Assembly: GCA_963724325.1 (NCBI GenBank)
Contig: CAVRUH010000001.1
Span: 480,001-544,000, forward strand
DNA: 64,000 nucleotides
Direction: 5' to 3'
From: Waddliaceae bacterium
GTDB taxonomy: Bacteria; Chlamydiota; Chlamydiia; Chlamydiales; Waddliaceae
Shown here: piece after piece, positions 48,701 through 58,602 of the stretch
Layout of the letters: the number at the start of each line of letters is the position of its first letter
How positions within the stretch are numbered: position 1 is the stretch's first letter
Made by a program: the position numbers and the translations under genes
Notes under the pieces: generated by a model
The model's database searches: none
What the model was told of the DNA's origin: nothing
The model's input: only the letters and a program-made list of their open reading frames with translations

Positions 48701-48972
48701 CCATATTAATGACTGCGATGGCAATGATTGTGGGGATGACTCCAATGGCATTGGGATTTGGTGAAGGCGGCGAACAGAATGCACCCCTTGGAAGAGCTGT
48801 CATAGGTGGTCTTTGCTTTGCAACAGTGACAACCCTATTTTTTGTGCCAATTATCTTTACATTTTTGCGTCAAAAACCAAATCTGTATCTAGTTGGCCCA
48901 AAAAAAGAAGGGCAGATTTACGTACATAAAATACATCACATCTGGAGAAAAAATAATGGAACCAATAAGTGA
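45772..48972 (+). CDS. RND efflux transporter permease
   Basis: ALRRP, DIFP.VDIPVV, GILVDDA, RLRPILMT, APLGRAVIGG. Confidence 0.96.
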   Translation: MWIVQLALRRPYTFVMMALLILVMGAWFIIQTPKDIFPSVDIPVVNVIWSYKGLPAEEFEQRITTFSEFSLSKNINDIERIESQTLDGIAIIRLFFHPNVNLESAISQVTASSQSVLRHMPKGVEPPIIVKYTASSVPILQILLSSDTLNESELYDYGIYRIRQSIAAIQGVTIPSPYGGTARQLMIDLDPEALQARGISPGEINNAINDQNLISPTGDSRIGTLDYRVNMNNTPILANDFNDIPIKVVNDVVIYLRDVGFAHDGFIPQTSIVRNNGKRAVLLMILKTGSASTLEVVNSIKKILPTLRAAAPKGMNIDLLFDQSVFVRSSIKSVMVEGVLASVLTGAIILIFLASWRSTLIVFVSIPLSVLSSIIMLSLIGETLNVMTLGGLALAIGILVDDATVTLENIHRNIQMEKTVRQGILDGSAQIIFPALVTMLSICIVFLPVVMLVGPAKFLFTPLALAVVFAIATSFFISRTLVPTMIDYLIQDAAHTTVGHYQENFDKKFHRFRSYYTHLLHWILTNRATGLILFGLVFVSAIVVFPFVGKDFFPVSDAGQLRLHVQAATGTRIEVTEEIFGEVEEAIKKIIPHNEIAFLIDNIGLVSEPYNYAFGDNATLGTYDGEILISFNNDRKMSTTEYMAILRNELKKQFPHLRFFFQPADMTSQILHFGLPAPIDVRVVGHDTKNNLNIANELVESISHIPGSVDVHLHQVNDFPELFLNVDRTLLARAGLTQKKISDDVLISYSSSSEVSPNFWLDRETGIPYLISIQTPKYKINTADALMRMPVSTPQIESGQLLSNLAQLEHRETIGVANHFNVQPVYDIYANVQGRDLGGVASDIYRIIDEKKGKLAPGNEIAVRGIVKDMNEAFIRLALGFIFAFILVYSLLVVNFQSWTDPFIIIMALPGAIVGIAWMLYLTNTTFNVPSLMGMIMSVGLATANSILLVSFANTLLIEGKNSLDAILEAASIRLRPILMTAMAMIVGMTPMALGFGEGGEQNAPLGRAVIGGLCFATVTTLFFVPIIFTFLRQKPNLYLVGPKKEGQIYVHKIHHIWRKNNGTNK

Positions 48973-50098
48973 ATCTAAAAAAAAATCCATTTTATTGATT
49001 ACTGTTGTGGTGGTTATTTTAATCTCGTTGTTTTTAATCGGCTATTTTCCCCGACTTATGCACTGGCATGAACTGGAAAAAGCGGCCAGTTTGACTACTC
49101 CGATTTCAGCAAGAATCATGATATTAGAGCGCAGCAAAACACCCATAGAACTTGTTTTGCCTAGCTCCACTCAAGCTTTGAGAATCACTCCCATTTGGTC
49201 AAGAATTGATGGCTATATCAAAAACTTTTATGTGGATATTGGTGATCATGTTACAGAAGGTCAGTTGATGCTAGAAATCGAAACTCCCGAAGTAGAACAT
49301 CAACTCTCACAAGCAAAGGCAGACCACTCCACAGCTATAGCTAAGCTTGATATAGCAAAAATAAGCGCATCCAGATGGCAAGATCTATATGGACTGAATC
49401 CAGAAGCTGTGTCGTCACAAGAGGTGGATGAAAAAAACATAGGTTTTCAGGCCGTCAAGTCCGAAGTTCAATCTTCAGAAGCAAATGTAAAGCGTCTCGA
49501 GATGATATATGGTTTCAATAGATTATATGCTCCATTTCATGGAATTATCACCGAACGAAATATCGATATAGGATCTCTGGTTTCAGCAGGAAGCCAGCAA
49601 AGCTTTCAGCAACTATTTCAAATTGCTCAAACAGACATCATTCGTGTCTTTGTAAACGTCCCTCAACCCTATTTTCGATTGATTAAAGATGGCGGCGAAG
49701 CCGATATTCTCATTCAAGAATTTCTAGGAAGGATCTTCAAAGGGACTATTGCCAGAACATCTAAATCATTGGATCCAATAGCTCGCACGTTGTTAACGGA
49801 AATACATGTTGATAATAAAGATGGAGACCTTATCATCGGGCTATATGCTGAAGTGCGCTTCCATCTAATTCCCGATACCCCTTACTTTATTATTCCTACA
49901 ACTTCTCTAATCATTCGCGAGGGAGCGCCCCAAGTCGCCGTGGTCGATGATCACAGAAAAGTTACCTTGCATTTGGTCAAGATTGGAAGGGATTTTGGAA
50001 AGTCCATTGAAATTACATCTGGCTTAGAGGCCGGAGAAAAGATTATCACAAATCCAACCGAGAGAATTCATGAGGGTATAGTAGTAAATGAACAGTAA
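48956..50098 (+). CDS. RND periplasmic adaptor (membrane fusion protein)
   Basis: N-terminal TM, lipoyl-like halves (GYI...VDIGD; APF.GII..RN.D.G). Confidence 0.93.
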   Translation: MEPISESKKKSILLITVVVVILISLFLIGYFPRLMHWHELEKAASLTTPISARIMILERSKTPIELVLPSSTQALRITPIWSRIDGYIKNFYVDIGDHVTEGQLMLEIETPEVEHQLSQAKADHSTAIAKLDIAKISASRWQDLYGLNPEAVSSQEVDEKNIGFQAVKSEVQSSEANVKRLEMIYGFNRLYAPFHGIITERNIDIGSLVSAGSQQSFQQLFQIAQTDIIRVFVNVPQPYFRLIKDGGEADILIQEFLGRIFKGTIARTSKSLDPIARTLLTEIHVDNKDGDLIIGLYAEVRFHLIPDTPYFIIPTTSLIIREGAPQVAVVDDHRKVTLHLVKIGRDFGKSIEITSGLEAGEKIITNPTERIHEGIVVNEQ

Positions 50099-51509
50099 AA
50101 TATCCATCTTATCATGCCTCGCTCTGTTTTCTGCCTGTAATATGGCTCCACCCTATAAAGAGCCAGTCACTTGGGTACCAGAAAATTGGAAATATGCCGA
50201 ATCGACTCAAGAAACATCTCAAGAATTCAACAATTGGTGGGAAGTTTTCGATGATGAAAATCTCAACGCATTAGAGGCTCAAGCTCTATCTAACAATAAA
50301 GACGTTTATGCCGCCTTTGAAAGAATCGTTCAGGCCAGAGCCCTTGCATGCATTGCAAGATCCGAAACCTTTCCACAGCTAAACCTCGAACCGGCCTATA
50401 CAAACGAAGGCATCCTTTATATGTTGTATGATCCGGTGCGGGTTCTCCGAGAACACCGGCGCACCAATCGTCTCCCATTCGTCTTAAATTATGAACTCGA
50501 CCTCTGGGGAAAACTCAAAAATGCCTACAAATCGGCCTACTTAAGCGCTGAGGCCGAGAAAGAGGCCTTCCGAACATCGATACTCATTCTCACGACAGAT
50601 CTTGCTCTCAATTATTTTCAAATCAGGACATATGACGCCAATATAAGTCTTCTGGAAAAAACAACAAACGCAAATAAAAAGCAATATGAGCTCCTTAAAT
50701 TGCGCTACGAAGGGAAAATTATTGACTACGCCGATGTCTCCCGTGCTGAACTAGAATATAAAAATACCGAGGCTCAATATTTTCAAGCTCAAAAACTTCG
50801 CAGTTTAGAAGAAAATAAAATGGCCGTATTGCTCGGAATTCCAGCATCCGAATTCAATATTGAACCAAAACCCCTGCAAGATGCGCCCCCCGAAATCCCC
50901 CCAGGCGTCCCTTCAGATATTCTGCTGCAAAGACCCGATATTGCTCAAATTGAACGCATCAGAGCTTCAAATAATGCAAAAATTGGCGTCGCCAGAGCCT
51001 CATTTTTTCCATCGATTTCACTGACAGGGATACTTGGCTATTCAAGCCCTGAGCTGACAGATTTTTTGCGGCCAAGAAGCCATCTTTGGGGCATCGGAGC
51101 AGATGCCCTCATGCCAATCTATGATGCCGGTCGCTTAGGGTGCAATTTGGAATATGCAATGTCTCAATTTAGAGAGGCCGATGCTGAGTACCAACAACAA
51201 GTTCTAAAAGCTTTTCAGGAAGTCGAAGATGCCTTGGCAAATTTAGATGGCCTAAAGAACGAATATGAAAGCATATTTCAGTCGGTCCGCGCTGCTAAAA
51301 ATTCTTATAATATTGCTGCAGATAGATACTTCAAAGGCGTCACTTTCTACCTAGATGTTGTCGATACCGAACGTCAAGCACTGGATGCCGAACGCAACAT
51401 GATCGAACTGCTAGGCCAGCAATATACCGCAACTGTCCAACTCATCAAAGCCCTAGGCGGCTCTTGGCAAACTCATACGGAGAATCAGTTGACCTGTTCT
51501 GACATTTAA
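50088..51509 (+). CDS. NodT/OprM-family outer membrane efflux lipoprotein
   Basis: Lipobox FSAC, YELDLWG, PSDILLQRPDI, LIKALGGSW. Confidence 0.95.
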   Translation: MNSKISILSCLALFSACNMAPPYKEPVTWVPENWKYAESTQETSQEFNNWWEVFDDENLNALEAQALSNNKDVYAAFERIVQARALACIARSETFPQLNLEPAYTNEGILYMLYDPVRVLREHRRTNRLPFVLNYELDLWGKLKNAYKSAYLSAEAEKEAFRTSILILTTDLALNYFQIRTYDANISLLEKTTNANKKQYELLKLRYEGKIIDYADVSRAELEYKNTEAQYFQAQKLRSLEENKMAVLLGIPASEFNIEPKPLQDAPPEIPPGVPSDILLQRPDIAQIERIRASNNAKIGVARASFFPSISLTGILGYSSPELTDFLRPRSHLWGIGADALMPIYDAGRLGCNLEYAMSQFREADAEYQQQVLKAFQEVEDALANLDGLKNEYESIFQSVRAAKNSYNIAADRYFKGVTFYLDVVDTERQALDAERNMIELLGQQYTATVQLIKALGGSWQTHTENQLTCSDI

Positions 51510-51522
51510 ACTGCCTAAGTTG

Positions 51523-51604
51523 CAAAAAGAACCCCTTCTTTTTAATAGTTACCCACAAAAAGAACCCCTTCTTTTTGACAATAATCCTGTATTTTTGCTA
51601 TATA
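51523..51604 (+). promoter_or_regulatory. Two identical 21-bp palindromic direct repeats abutting a TTGACA promoter
   Basis: caaaaagaaccccttcttttt at 51523 and 51556; TTGACA 51575-51580; TGcTATATA at 51596-51604. Confidence 0.7.
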
Positions 51605-51635
51605 TAGATTTAGCATAGGGATTTTAGGAGTAATA

Positions 51636-53000
51636 ATGAAGCGTGAACGACTGGCATTTTTGCAAGATTGGTATCAGCATCCTAACCGTAAACCACTGGT
51701 TATACGAGGTGCACGCCAGGTGGGTAAAACATGGTTGGTAAGACACTTTGCCGAAATGCAAAAACTACAACTAATAGAACTTAATTTTGAAAAAAATCCG
51801 GCCTATGCCACATTATTTTCTTCAAACGAACCCACCGAAATCCTAACACTTTTAGGTGCCTCCCTAAACACAACGATCTATCCTCAAAATACCCTTCTCT
51901 TTTTAGATGAAATCCAGGCCTACCCCCAATTGCTCAGTAAATTACGTTGGTTCGCCGAAGAAATACCTCAACTTGGAGTTATTGCAACTGGTTCATTATT
52001 GGAGTTTATTTTGGAAGAACACTCCTTCAGCATGCCAGTGGGAAGGATCAGCTACATGCATTTAGAGCCTCTATCCTTTAAGGAGTTTTTAATTGCCCAA
52101 AACCAAGTTTCCCTGGTTGATTTCTTAAAAGAATTTGTTGTTGAAAGGCAAATTCCCCAAATAATTCATGATAAACTAATGACTTTTGTTAAAGAGTACA
52201 TCATAATTGGTGGAATGCCAGCAGCTGTTTTATCGTGGATTGATACCCATTCTTTGCAAGAGGTAAATCGTACTCATTTTGATCTTCTAGCAACATACCG
52301 CGATGATTTTAGTAAATACCGCGGAAGGGTTCCAATAGCGCTATTAGATAGTGTTCTGAAAGCTATTCCACAACAACTAGGCGAACGCTTTATGTATAGC
52401 AAAGTGGATCCTCATGAAAATTCCAATCCAATAAAAAAGGCCTTTGAGTTGCTTGTCAAGGCAAGAGTATGCCATAGAGTCGTTAGCACTGCAGCTAATG
52501 GAGTCCCCTTAGGCGCTGAGATAAATGATAAGTTTTTTAAGGGAATATTTTTGGATATAGGATTATCTTCAGCGGCTCTGGGGTTGTCCCTGCATCATTT
52601 ACAAGGTATTGAGGAAGTTGTATTGGTGAATAATGGGGCTTTAGCTGAACAGATCGTTGGACAACTTTTGAGGACATTATTTCCCGCATATATTGAGCCG
52701 GAATTATATTATTGGCAACGAGAAAAAAAGGGATCAAATGCTGAGGTTGATTACATTATCCAGCATGAAGCTAAGCTCATTCCAATTGAAGTCAAAGCCG
52801 GTACAACTGGTGGGATGAAATCACTGCATCTCTTTATGGGCGCGAAAAAGTACTCACTAGCCGTTCGCATCAATTCGGGAATGCCCAGTGTCACTGAGAT
52901 AGAAGTTATGGATTCAATGGGCACTCCCGTTGAGTATAGGCTTCTATCTATACCTTTTTACCTAGTATCGGAACTTCATCGACTGTTGAGATCTCGGTAG
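51636..53000 (+). CDS. AAA_14 ATPase with DUF4143 / PD-(D/E)xK-like C-terminus
   Basis: GARQVGKT, FLDEIQ, TGS, GGMP, YYWQR...EVDY...IPIEVKAG. Confidence 0.93.
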   Translation: MKRERLAFLQDWYQHPNRKPLVIRGARQVGKTWLVRHFAEMQKLQLIELNFEKNPAYATLFSSNEPTEILTLLGASLNTTIYPQNTLLFLDEIQAYPQLLSKLRWFAEEIPQLGVIATGSLLEFILEEHSFSMPVGRISYMHLEPLSFKEFLIAQNQVSLVDFLKEFVVERQIPQIIHDKLMTFVKEYIIIGGMPAAVLSWIDTHSLQEVNRTHFDLLATYRDDFSKYRGRVPIALLDSVLKAIPQQLGERFMYSKVDPHENSNPIKKAFELLVKARVCHRVVSTAANGVPLGAEINDKFFKGIFLDIGLSSAALGLSLHHLQGIEEVVLVNNGALAEQIVGQLLRTLFPAYIEPELYYWQREKKGSNAEVDYIIQHEAKLIPIEVKAGTTGGMKSLHLFMGAKKYSLAVRINSGMPSVTEIEVMDSMGTPVEYRLLSIPFYLVSELHRLLRSR

Positions 53001-53177
53001 TGGACCACGATGATGCTAGCGCTCTGTAAGATTTTTATTAATTAACTTTTATGTTGTATTTAATTTATGTTTAGAGTACAGTTATTGTTTTAATTTAGCA
53101 AATATTATAAAGTGGAGTGGCATGGGAATCTTAACCTCTCTGAATCAAAATAAATTAAACATTAAGGAGTTTTTTTA

Positions 53178-53753
53178 ATGGATCCATATAGAAGTAATTC
53201 GAATTTTAATCCAGTTGTAGATGCAGGTTTTGCTGCTAATTTAAAGAAATTGGATGCTGCCCATCAATTTGCTGAACTGGATGATATGATTAAAGAATAT
53301 AATAAGGCCAATTCAGAAGATGTAAAAATGCACGTTTATGCAGTATTGAACAAAGCTGATCTTGAACCTGGAAAATTAGCGGGATTATATAATTACGTGA
53401 AAGAAAAAACGAGTGAATTTACCAATGCTACGCTCGATGGAGGGTATGCGAATAAGAAATTTTCTCCAGAATCTACAACAGTTAGATCGATAAGCACATA
53501 TATTCGCGAAAAGATGCAACCTAATCAAGTGACTGTTCAACCAAAGCAATCCCAATATCACGCATGGGAAGATCAAACTTTAAATAGTGCCGATGAGTAT
53601 CGGGGGCCTTTGCCAGATGGGATGCCTATACCTCCGATTATGTTAAAATCTACAGCAAGTGGCGGAACTTATCGCGAACAGACATATCATACTGTACAGA
53701 AAGTACGTGAATTCCACCAAGAAATGAAAAGTGGGATTTGCCGAAATTATTAA
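53178..53753 (+). CDS. Hypothetical protein (possible secreted effector)
   Basis: 191-aa ORF with AAGGAG RBS and downstream terminator; no recognisable motif. Confidence 0.7.
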   Translation: MDPYRSNSNFNPVVDAGFAANLKKLDAAHQFAELDDMIKEYNKANSEDVKMHVYAVLNKADLEPGKLAGLYNYVKEKTSEFTNATLDGGYANKKFSPESTTVRSISTYIREKMQPNQVTVQPKQSQYHAWEDQTLNSADEYRGPLPDGMPIPPIMLKSTASGGTYREQTYHTVQKVREFHQEMKSGICRNY

Positions 53754-53755
53754 TC

Positions 53756-53795
53756 AAAAGGAAGTTGCAAACCTGAGTTTTGCAACTTCCTTTTT
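53756..53795. terminator. Bidirectional intrinsic terminator
   Basis: aaaaggaagttgcaaa-cctgagt-tttgcaacttcctttt between convergent genes. Confidence 0.85.
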
Positions 53796-53848
53796 AAAAA
53801 TACGGGAAATTTAGGTGTTGGTTTTATTCCAGTAAGTTTAAAAAATTT

Positions 53849-54895
53849 TTATTTCAATTGATCAAACAATCTTAAATTTACCATGCAGTTTTTAGGGTCA
53901 AACTCCATTACAGTATAGGAAATATTCACTCCAACTAGGTGATTATCCTCAAAACTCAGAAGCGGTGGCAACGTAGCATTTTGAGGAAACCCAAAACATT
54001 CTAGAAATGTTTTGTTGGAGTGTTCTACGCAATAAGTGTGCATAAATTTATCCATGAATATATTTAGACGGTTTAGATCCCAGGATTCCTCCGTTGTTGT
54101 ATCGCAAAGAGTTTGATGATTTATCATTGACTGGTAAAATCTAAAGCGTGGTTGATCAGCACAGTAAAATTGTTCAAGAATAAAAATATGTTCATAAATA
54201 CAATTGGCCATTTTCACTTTAGTATCAATTGGCGATCCTACCGTTATGTAATAAAAAAATGAAGTTTCTTCTGCTAATTGAGAAGAGTTCATTTCAATTT
54301 CTTTCCTTAGATTAACGATGACAGCTTTATTAAAAGGGTAATCTAAGCTATTAAAAAAAACGATGGCTTTCTCATTTAATTGTTTGGCTGTTTTAACTTT
54401 CATGTCATCAACAAGTAATTGTATATGATGTTCAAAATCATTGATTCCTCCTCGTGCCTGACATATTAATTGAGTTCGCTGCTCATCTTGAAGTTTAAAA
54501 AAAGCTTCTCGTTCTGCAAACTGCGAGGGTAATATACCATTAAAAAGATTTGTCACTTTGTAAGAAAATTGCATTCCTTTTTTTTTAAATGACATCATAC
54601 AAGTGATGGCGATTTTATTTTGATCAATGACTTTTTTTGCATTTTCGACACCTAAAACAATCACTGATAGGGCAATAGCACTATTAACACATGAGGTCTC
54701 AAATTCTCTTTCATTATTAACATTTAGGGATATTATGTCCAATAACCCGATTGCTTTCGCAATAAACCCATTCAAATTTTTATTGCATAAATATTTAATG
54801 ACCCTGACAGGTATCATTGATCTCTCTAGTGATAATTCTAAAGGATAGATTACTTCAATAAATGAAGTCCCTTTAGTGTTCTGTATTAAATTCAT
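53849..54895 (-). CDS. Hypothetical protein with candidate Cys-His-Gln papain-like triad
   Basis: TSCVNSA ... EHIFILEQ ... FRFYQS; GAGG before ATG 54895. Confidence 0.6.
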   Translation of the reverse strand: MNLIQNTKGTSFIEVIYPLELSLERSMIPVRVIKYLCNKNLNGFIAKAIGLLDIISLNVNNEREFETSCVNSAIALSVIVLGVENAKKVIDQNKIAITCMMSFKKKGMQFSYKVTNLFNGILPSQFAEREAFFKLQDEQRTQLICQARGGINDFEHHIQLLVDDMKVKTAKQLNEKAIVFFNSLDYPFNKAVIVNLRKEIEMNSSQLAEETSFFYYITVGSPIDTKVKMANCIYEHIFILEQFYCADQPRFRFYQSMINHQTLCDTTTEESWDLNRLNIFMDKFMHTYCVEHSNKTFLECFGFPQNATLPPLLSFEDNHLVGVNISYTVMEFDPKNCMVNLRLFDQLK

Positions 54896-55051
54896 TATAA
54901 AAATCCTCAAAATCTTGATAACATAATATAATAAATCATAATAAAATGCCATTAAGATTTTATGTGGTGCCAAATCCTCCGATATAGAAAAAGATTGATT
55001 AAAAATCTGAAAGAGGCTAAAAAATGTATTTTAACCAATTTTAAGAGCTAA

Positions 55052-56107
<1,056 letters not shown>

Positions 56108-56589
56108 TTAAGGGCATTTATAGATTTGTTTACCTACCCGATCGATATGGTTTTGAGGTCGGGATTGTCAATTGTGTGGTAATCTAGAATGTCGCATACA
56201 TAGGGAAGAGGGGATTCGTCATTTAGAATCCCTGATACCTCTGAAGCAACTGATTCAATATGGGTGCCTTTTAGGGCGATATCGATGTCGGATCCTTTCT
56301 TATATCTATCGAGTGCGCGTGAGCCAAAGAGGATTGCTTCCTGGATATTGGGATATTTTTTTAGGACGGATTGTTTAATTATTTCTCGAGGGTATTGAAC
56401 CGCTAATCCCTGCTCTTGAAGGTAATCTTTCAGTGTTTTCCAAGCCAATTCAAAGGTAAATTCGAATGACTGAACGAGACCGGCGCCTTGCAATTCATCA
56501 TAGGCGCCAAGTTCCTTGCCTTTTTTTAAAAATAAAAAAACTTTTTCAAAATTTTGAAACCGTTGTTTCCAGCGAATCTCTTTTTCCAT
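56108..56589 (-). pseudogene. Fused remnant of HEPN (HI0074-type) and nucleotidyltransferase (MNT) genes
   Basis: RWKQRFQNF...FEFTFELAWKTLKDYL...PREIIK joined in frame to LFGSRA...GSDIDIAL; adding one base at 56151-56154 restores HIDRVGKQIY. Confidence 0.8.
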
Positions 56590-56601
56590 ATATTCTTTCT
56601 T

Positions 56602-58602
56602 TCAATAGAGCTCAATCTGTTCGTATTTGCGCATTAGGTCTCGGAAGTTTGCGGCATCTTCAAAGCGCATCTCTTTTGCCGCTCTTTTCATTTCAGAGTC
56701 ATAGAATTTGATTTTTTTGTCAACCTCGGCTTGGGTGAGGTACTCATGATGTGTTTCAGCTGCCATACGAAGGGGTACTTCCGGAGTCGTATATTCAATT
56801 TCTTCCACCTCAGGGAGCACAAGCGCAATAATCTCCCTCTTCACTGTGGTTGGTGTGATGCCATGTTTTTCATTGTACTCTTCCTGAAGGGATCGACGTT
56901 CCTGGGTGATATTAATGGTATTTTTAATCGCCTCGGTCATGTGATCGCAATACATGATGACTCGGCCTTCCGAATTGCGCGAAGCGCGTCCACAGGTTTG
57001 TATGAGGGCTGTTTGACTGCGGAGAAATCCTTGCTTGTCAGCGTCTAGAATGCAAACAAGAGAAACTTCGGGTATATCGAGGCCTTCTCGTAGAAGATTG
57101 ATTCCAACAAGAACATCAAAGGTGCCAGAACGGAGATCTTGAATGATTTGCGATCTTTCAATCGTGTCAATATCAGAATGGAGGTATTTTGCTTTTACAT
57201 TGAGTTCTGTGAGATACTTAGAAAGCTCTTCGGAAAGTCTTTTAGTTAATGTCGTGACAAGAATTCTTCCGCCGCGTGAAACATGTTCTCGAATTTCGGC
57301 AAGTACATCATCCACCTGATTTGCAGCAGGCCTAGTTTCTATTATCGGATCAAGCAATCCCGTTGGACGAATCACTTGCTCTACAATTTCTTCTCCAGCT
57401 TCATGAATCTCCCAAGGGGCAGGTGTTGCAGAAACGTAGATTACTTGATTCATTCTAGCATAGGTCTCTTCAAATTTTAAAGGTCGGTTGTCATAAGCTG
57501 AGGGAAGACGGAAGCCAAAATCGACCAACGCCTGCTTCCTAGCACGGTCTCCATTGAACATCGCATGAAGCTGGGGGATCGTTTGATGAGATTCATCAAT
57601 AATAAAAAGGTAATCCTTAGGAAAATAGTCAATTAAACATGAGGGAGGATCTCCTTCATTACGCATGGCGAAATGCCTTGAGTAGTTTTCGATTCCCTTG
57701 CAGAAGCCCACTTCCTTAATCATTTCAAGATCATGCATGGTCCTTTCATGGATTCGCTGTTTTTCAATGAATTTATTTTCTTTCTCAAAAAAATCGACCC
57801 GATCTTTTAATTCCAATTTTATATTTTCCATAGCCTGAAGACGAACTTCTTCAGGGGTGACGTGGTGAGAACTTGGATAAATGTTCATTTCATCTATAAG
57901 ACTGCGTGTTTTTCCTGTTAGTGGATCGATAACTGAGAGTCTTTCGATATCATCTCCAAACATTTCGACTCGAATAGCCAGGTCTTCTTCATAAGCAGGA
58001 AATATGTCAATGATATCGCCGCGAACACGGAATGTTGCACGGCTGAAATCGAAGTCATTTCTTTTGTATTGCATCTCAACCAAATGGAGAAGCAAATCAT
58101 CGCGTCGGCGCTTTTCCCCAGTTTTGAGCTTTAAATTCATGCCGCGGTAGTATTCGGGAGATCCCAATCCGTAAATGCACGAAACAGAAGCAACAATCAG
58201 AACGTCATCACGCTCCAGAAGCGATCTGGTAGCGCTCAGGCGCATTTTATCGATCCTGTCGTTGATTGCCATGTCTTTTTCGATATAGGTGTCTGTACGG
58301 GCAATGTAGGCCTCTGGCTGGTAGTAGTCGTAATAAGAAACAAAATATTCAATAGCATTATTTGGAAAGAAGTTTTTAAATTCCTGATACAGCTGCGCTG
58401 CAAGAGTCTTATTGTGGGCCATTACTAAAGTAGGTTTTTGAATGCGCTCTACCACATTTGCCATGGTAAAGGTCTTGCCTGAACCTGTGATTCCCAAGAG
58501 AACCTGTGACTTCTTTCCTCGTTTAAGCCCGTCCACAAGCTTTTCAACTGCCTGCGGCTGATCTCCTTTCAATTTAAAGTCACTTCTAATCTGAAATTTC
58601 AT
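56602..58602 (-). CDS. uvrB: Excinuclease ABC subunit B
   Basis: GDQP.A, GITGSGKT, YYDYYQPEAY, DESH, GINLLREGLD. Confidence 0.98.
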   Translation of the reverse strand: MKFQIRSDFKLKGDQPQAVEKLVDGLKRGKKSQVLLGITGSGKTFTMANVVERIQKPTLVMAHNKTLAAQLYQEFKNFFPNNAIEYFVSYYDYYQPEAYIARTDTYIEKDMAINDRIDKMRLSATRSLLERDDVLIVASVSCIYGLGSPEYYRGMNLKLKTGEKRRRDDLLLHLVEMQYKRNDFDFSRATFRVRGDIIDIFPAYEEDLAIRVEMFGDDIERLSVIDPLTGKTRSLIDEMNIYPSSHHVTPEEVRLQAMENIKLELKDRVDFFEKENKFIEKQRIHERTMHDLEMIKEVGFCKGIENYSRHFAMRNEGDPPSCLIDYFPKDYLFIIDESHQTIPQLHAMFNGDRARKQALVDFGFRLPSAYDNRPLKFEETYARMNQVIYVSATPAPWEIHEAGEEIVEQVIRPTGLLDPIIETRPAANQVDDVLAEIREHVSRGGRILVTTLTKRLSEELSKYLTELNVKAKYLHSDIDTIERSQIIQDLRSGTFDVLVGINLLREGLDIPEVSLVCILDADKQGFLRSQTALIQTCGRASRNSEGRVIMYCDHMTEAIKNTINITQERRSLQEEYNEKHGITPTTVKREIIALVLPEVEEIEYTTPEVPLRMAAETHHEYLTQAEVDKKIKFYDSEMKRAAKEMRFEDAANFRDLMRKYEQIELY

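Noticed and set aside
51523..51576. Mini CRISPR array
   Set aside because: Only two 21-bp repeats with a 12-bp gap and no cas genes; promoter position fits an operator better
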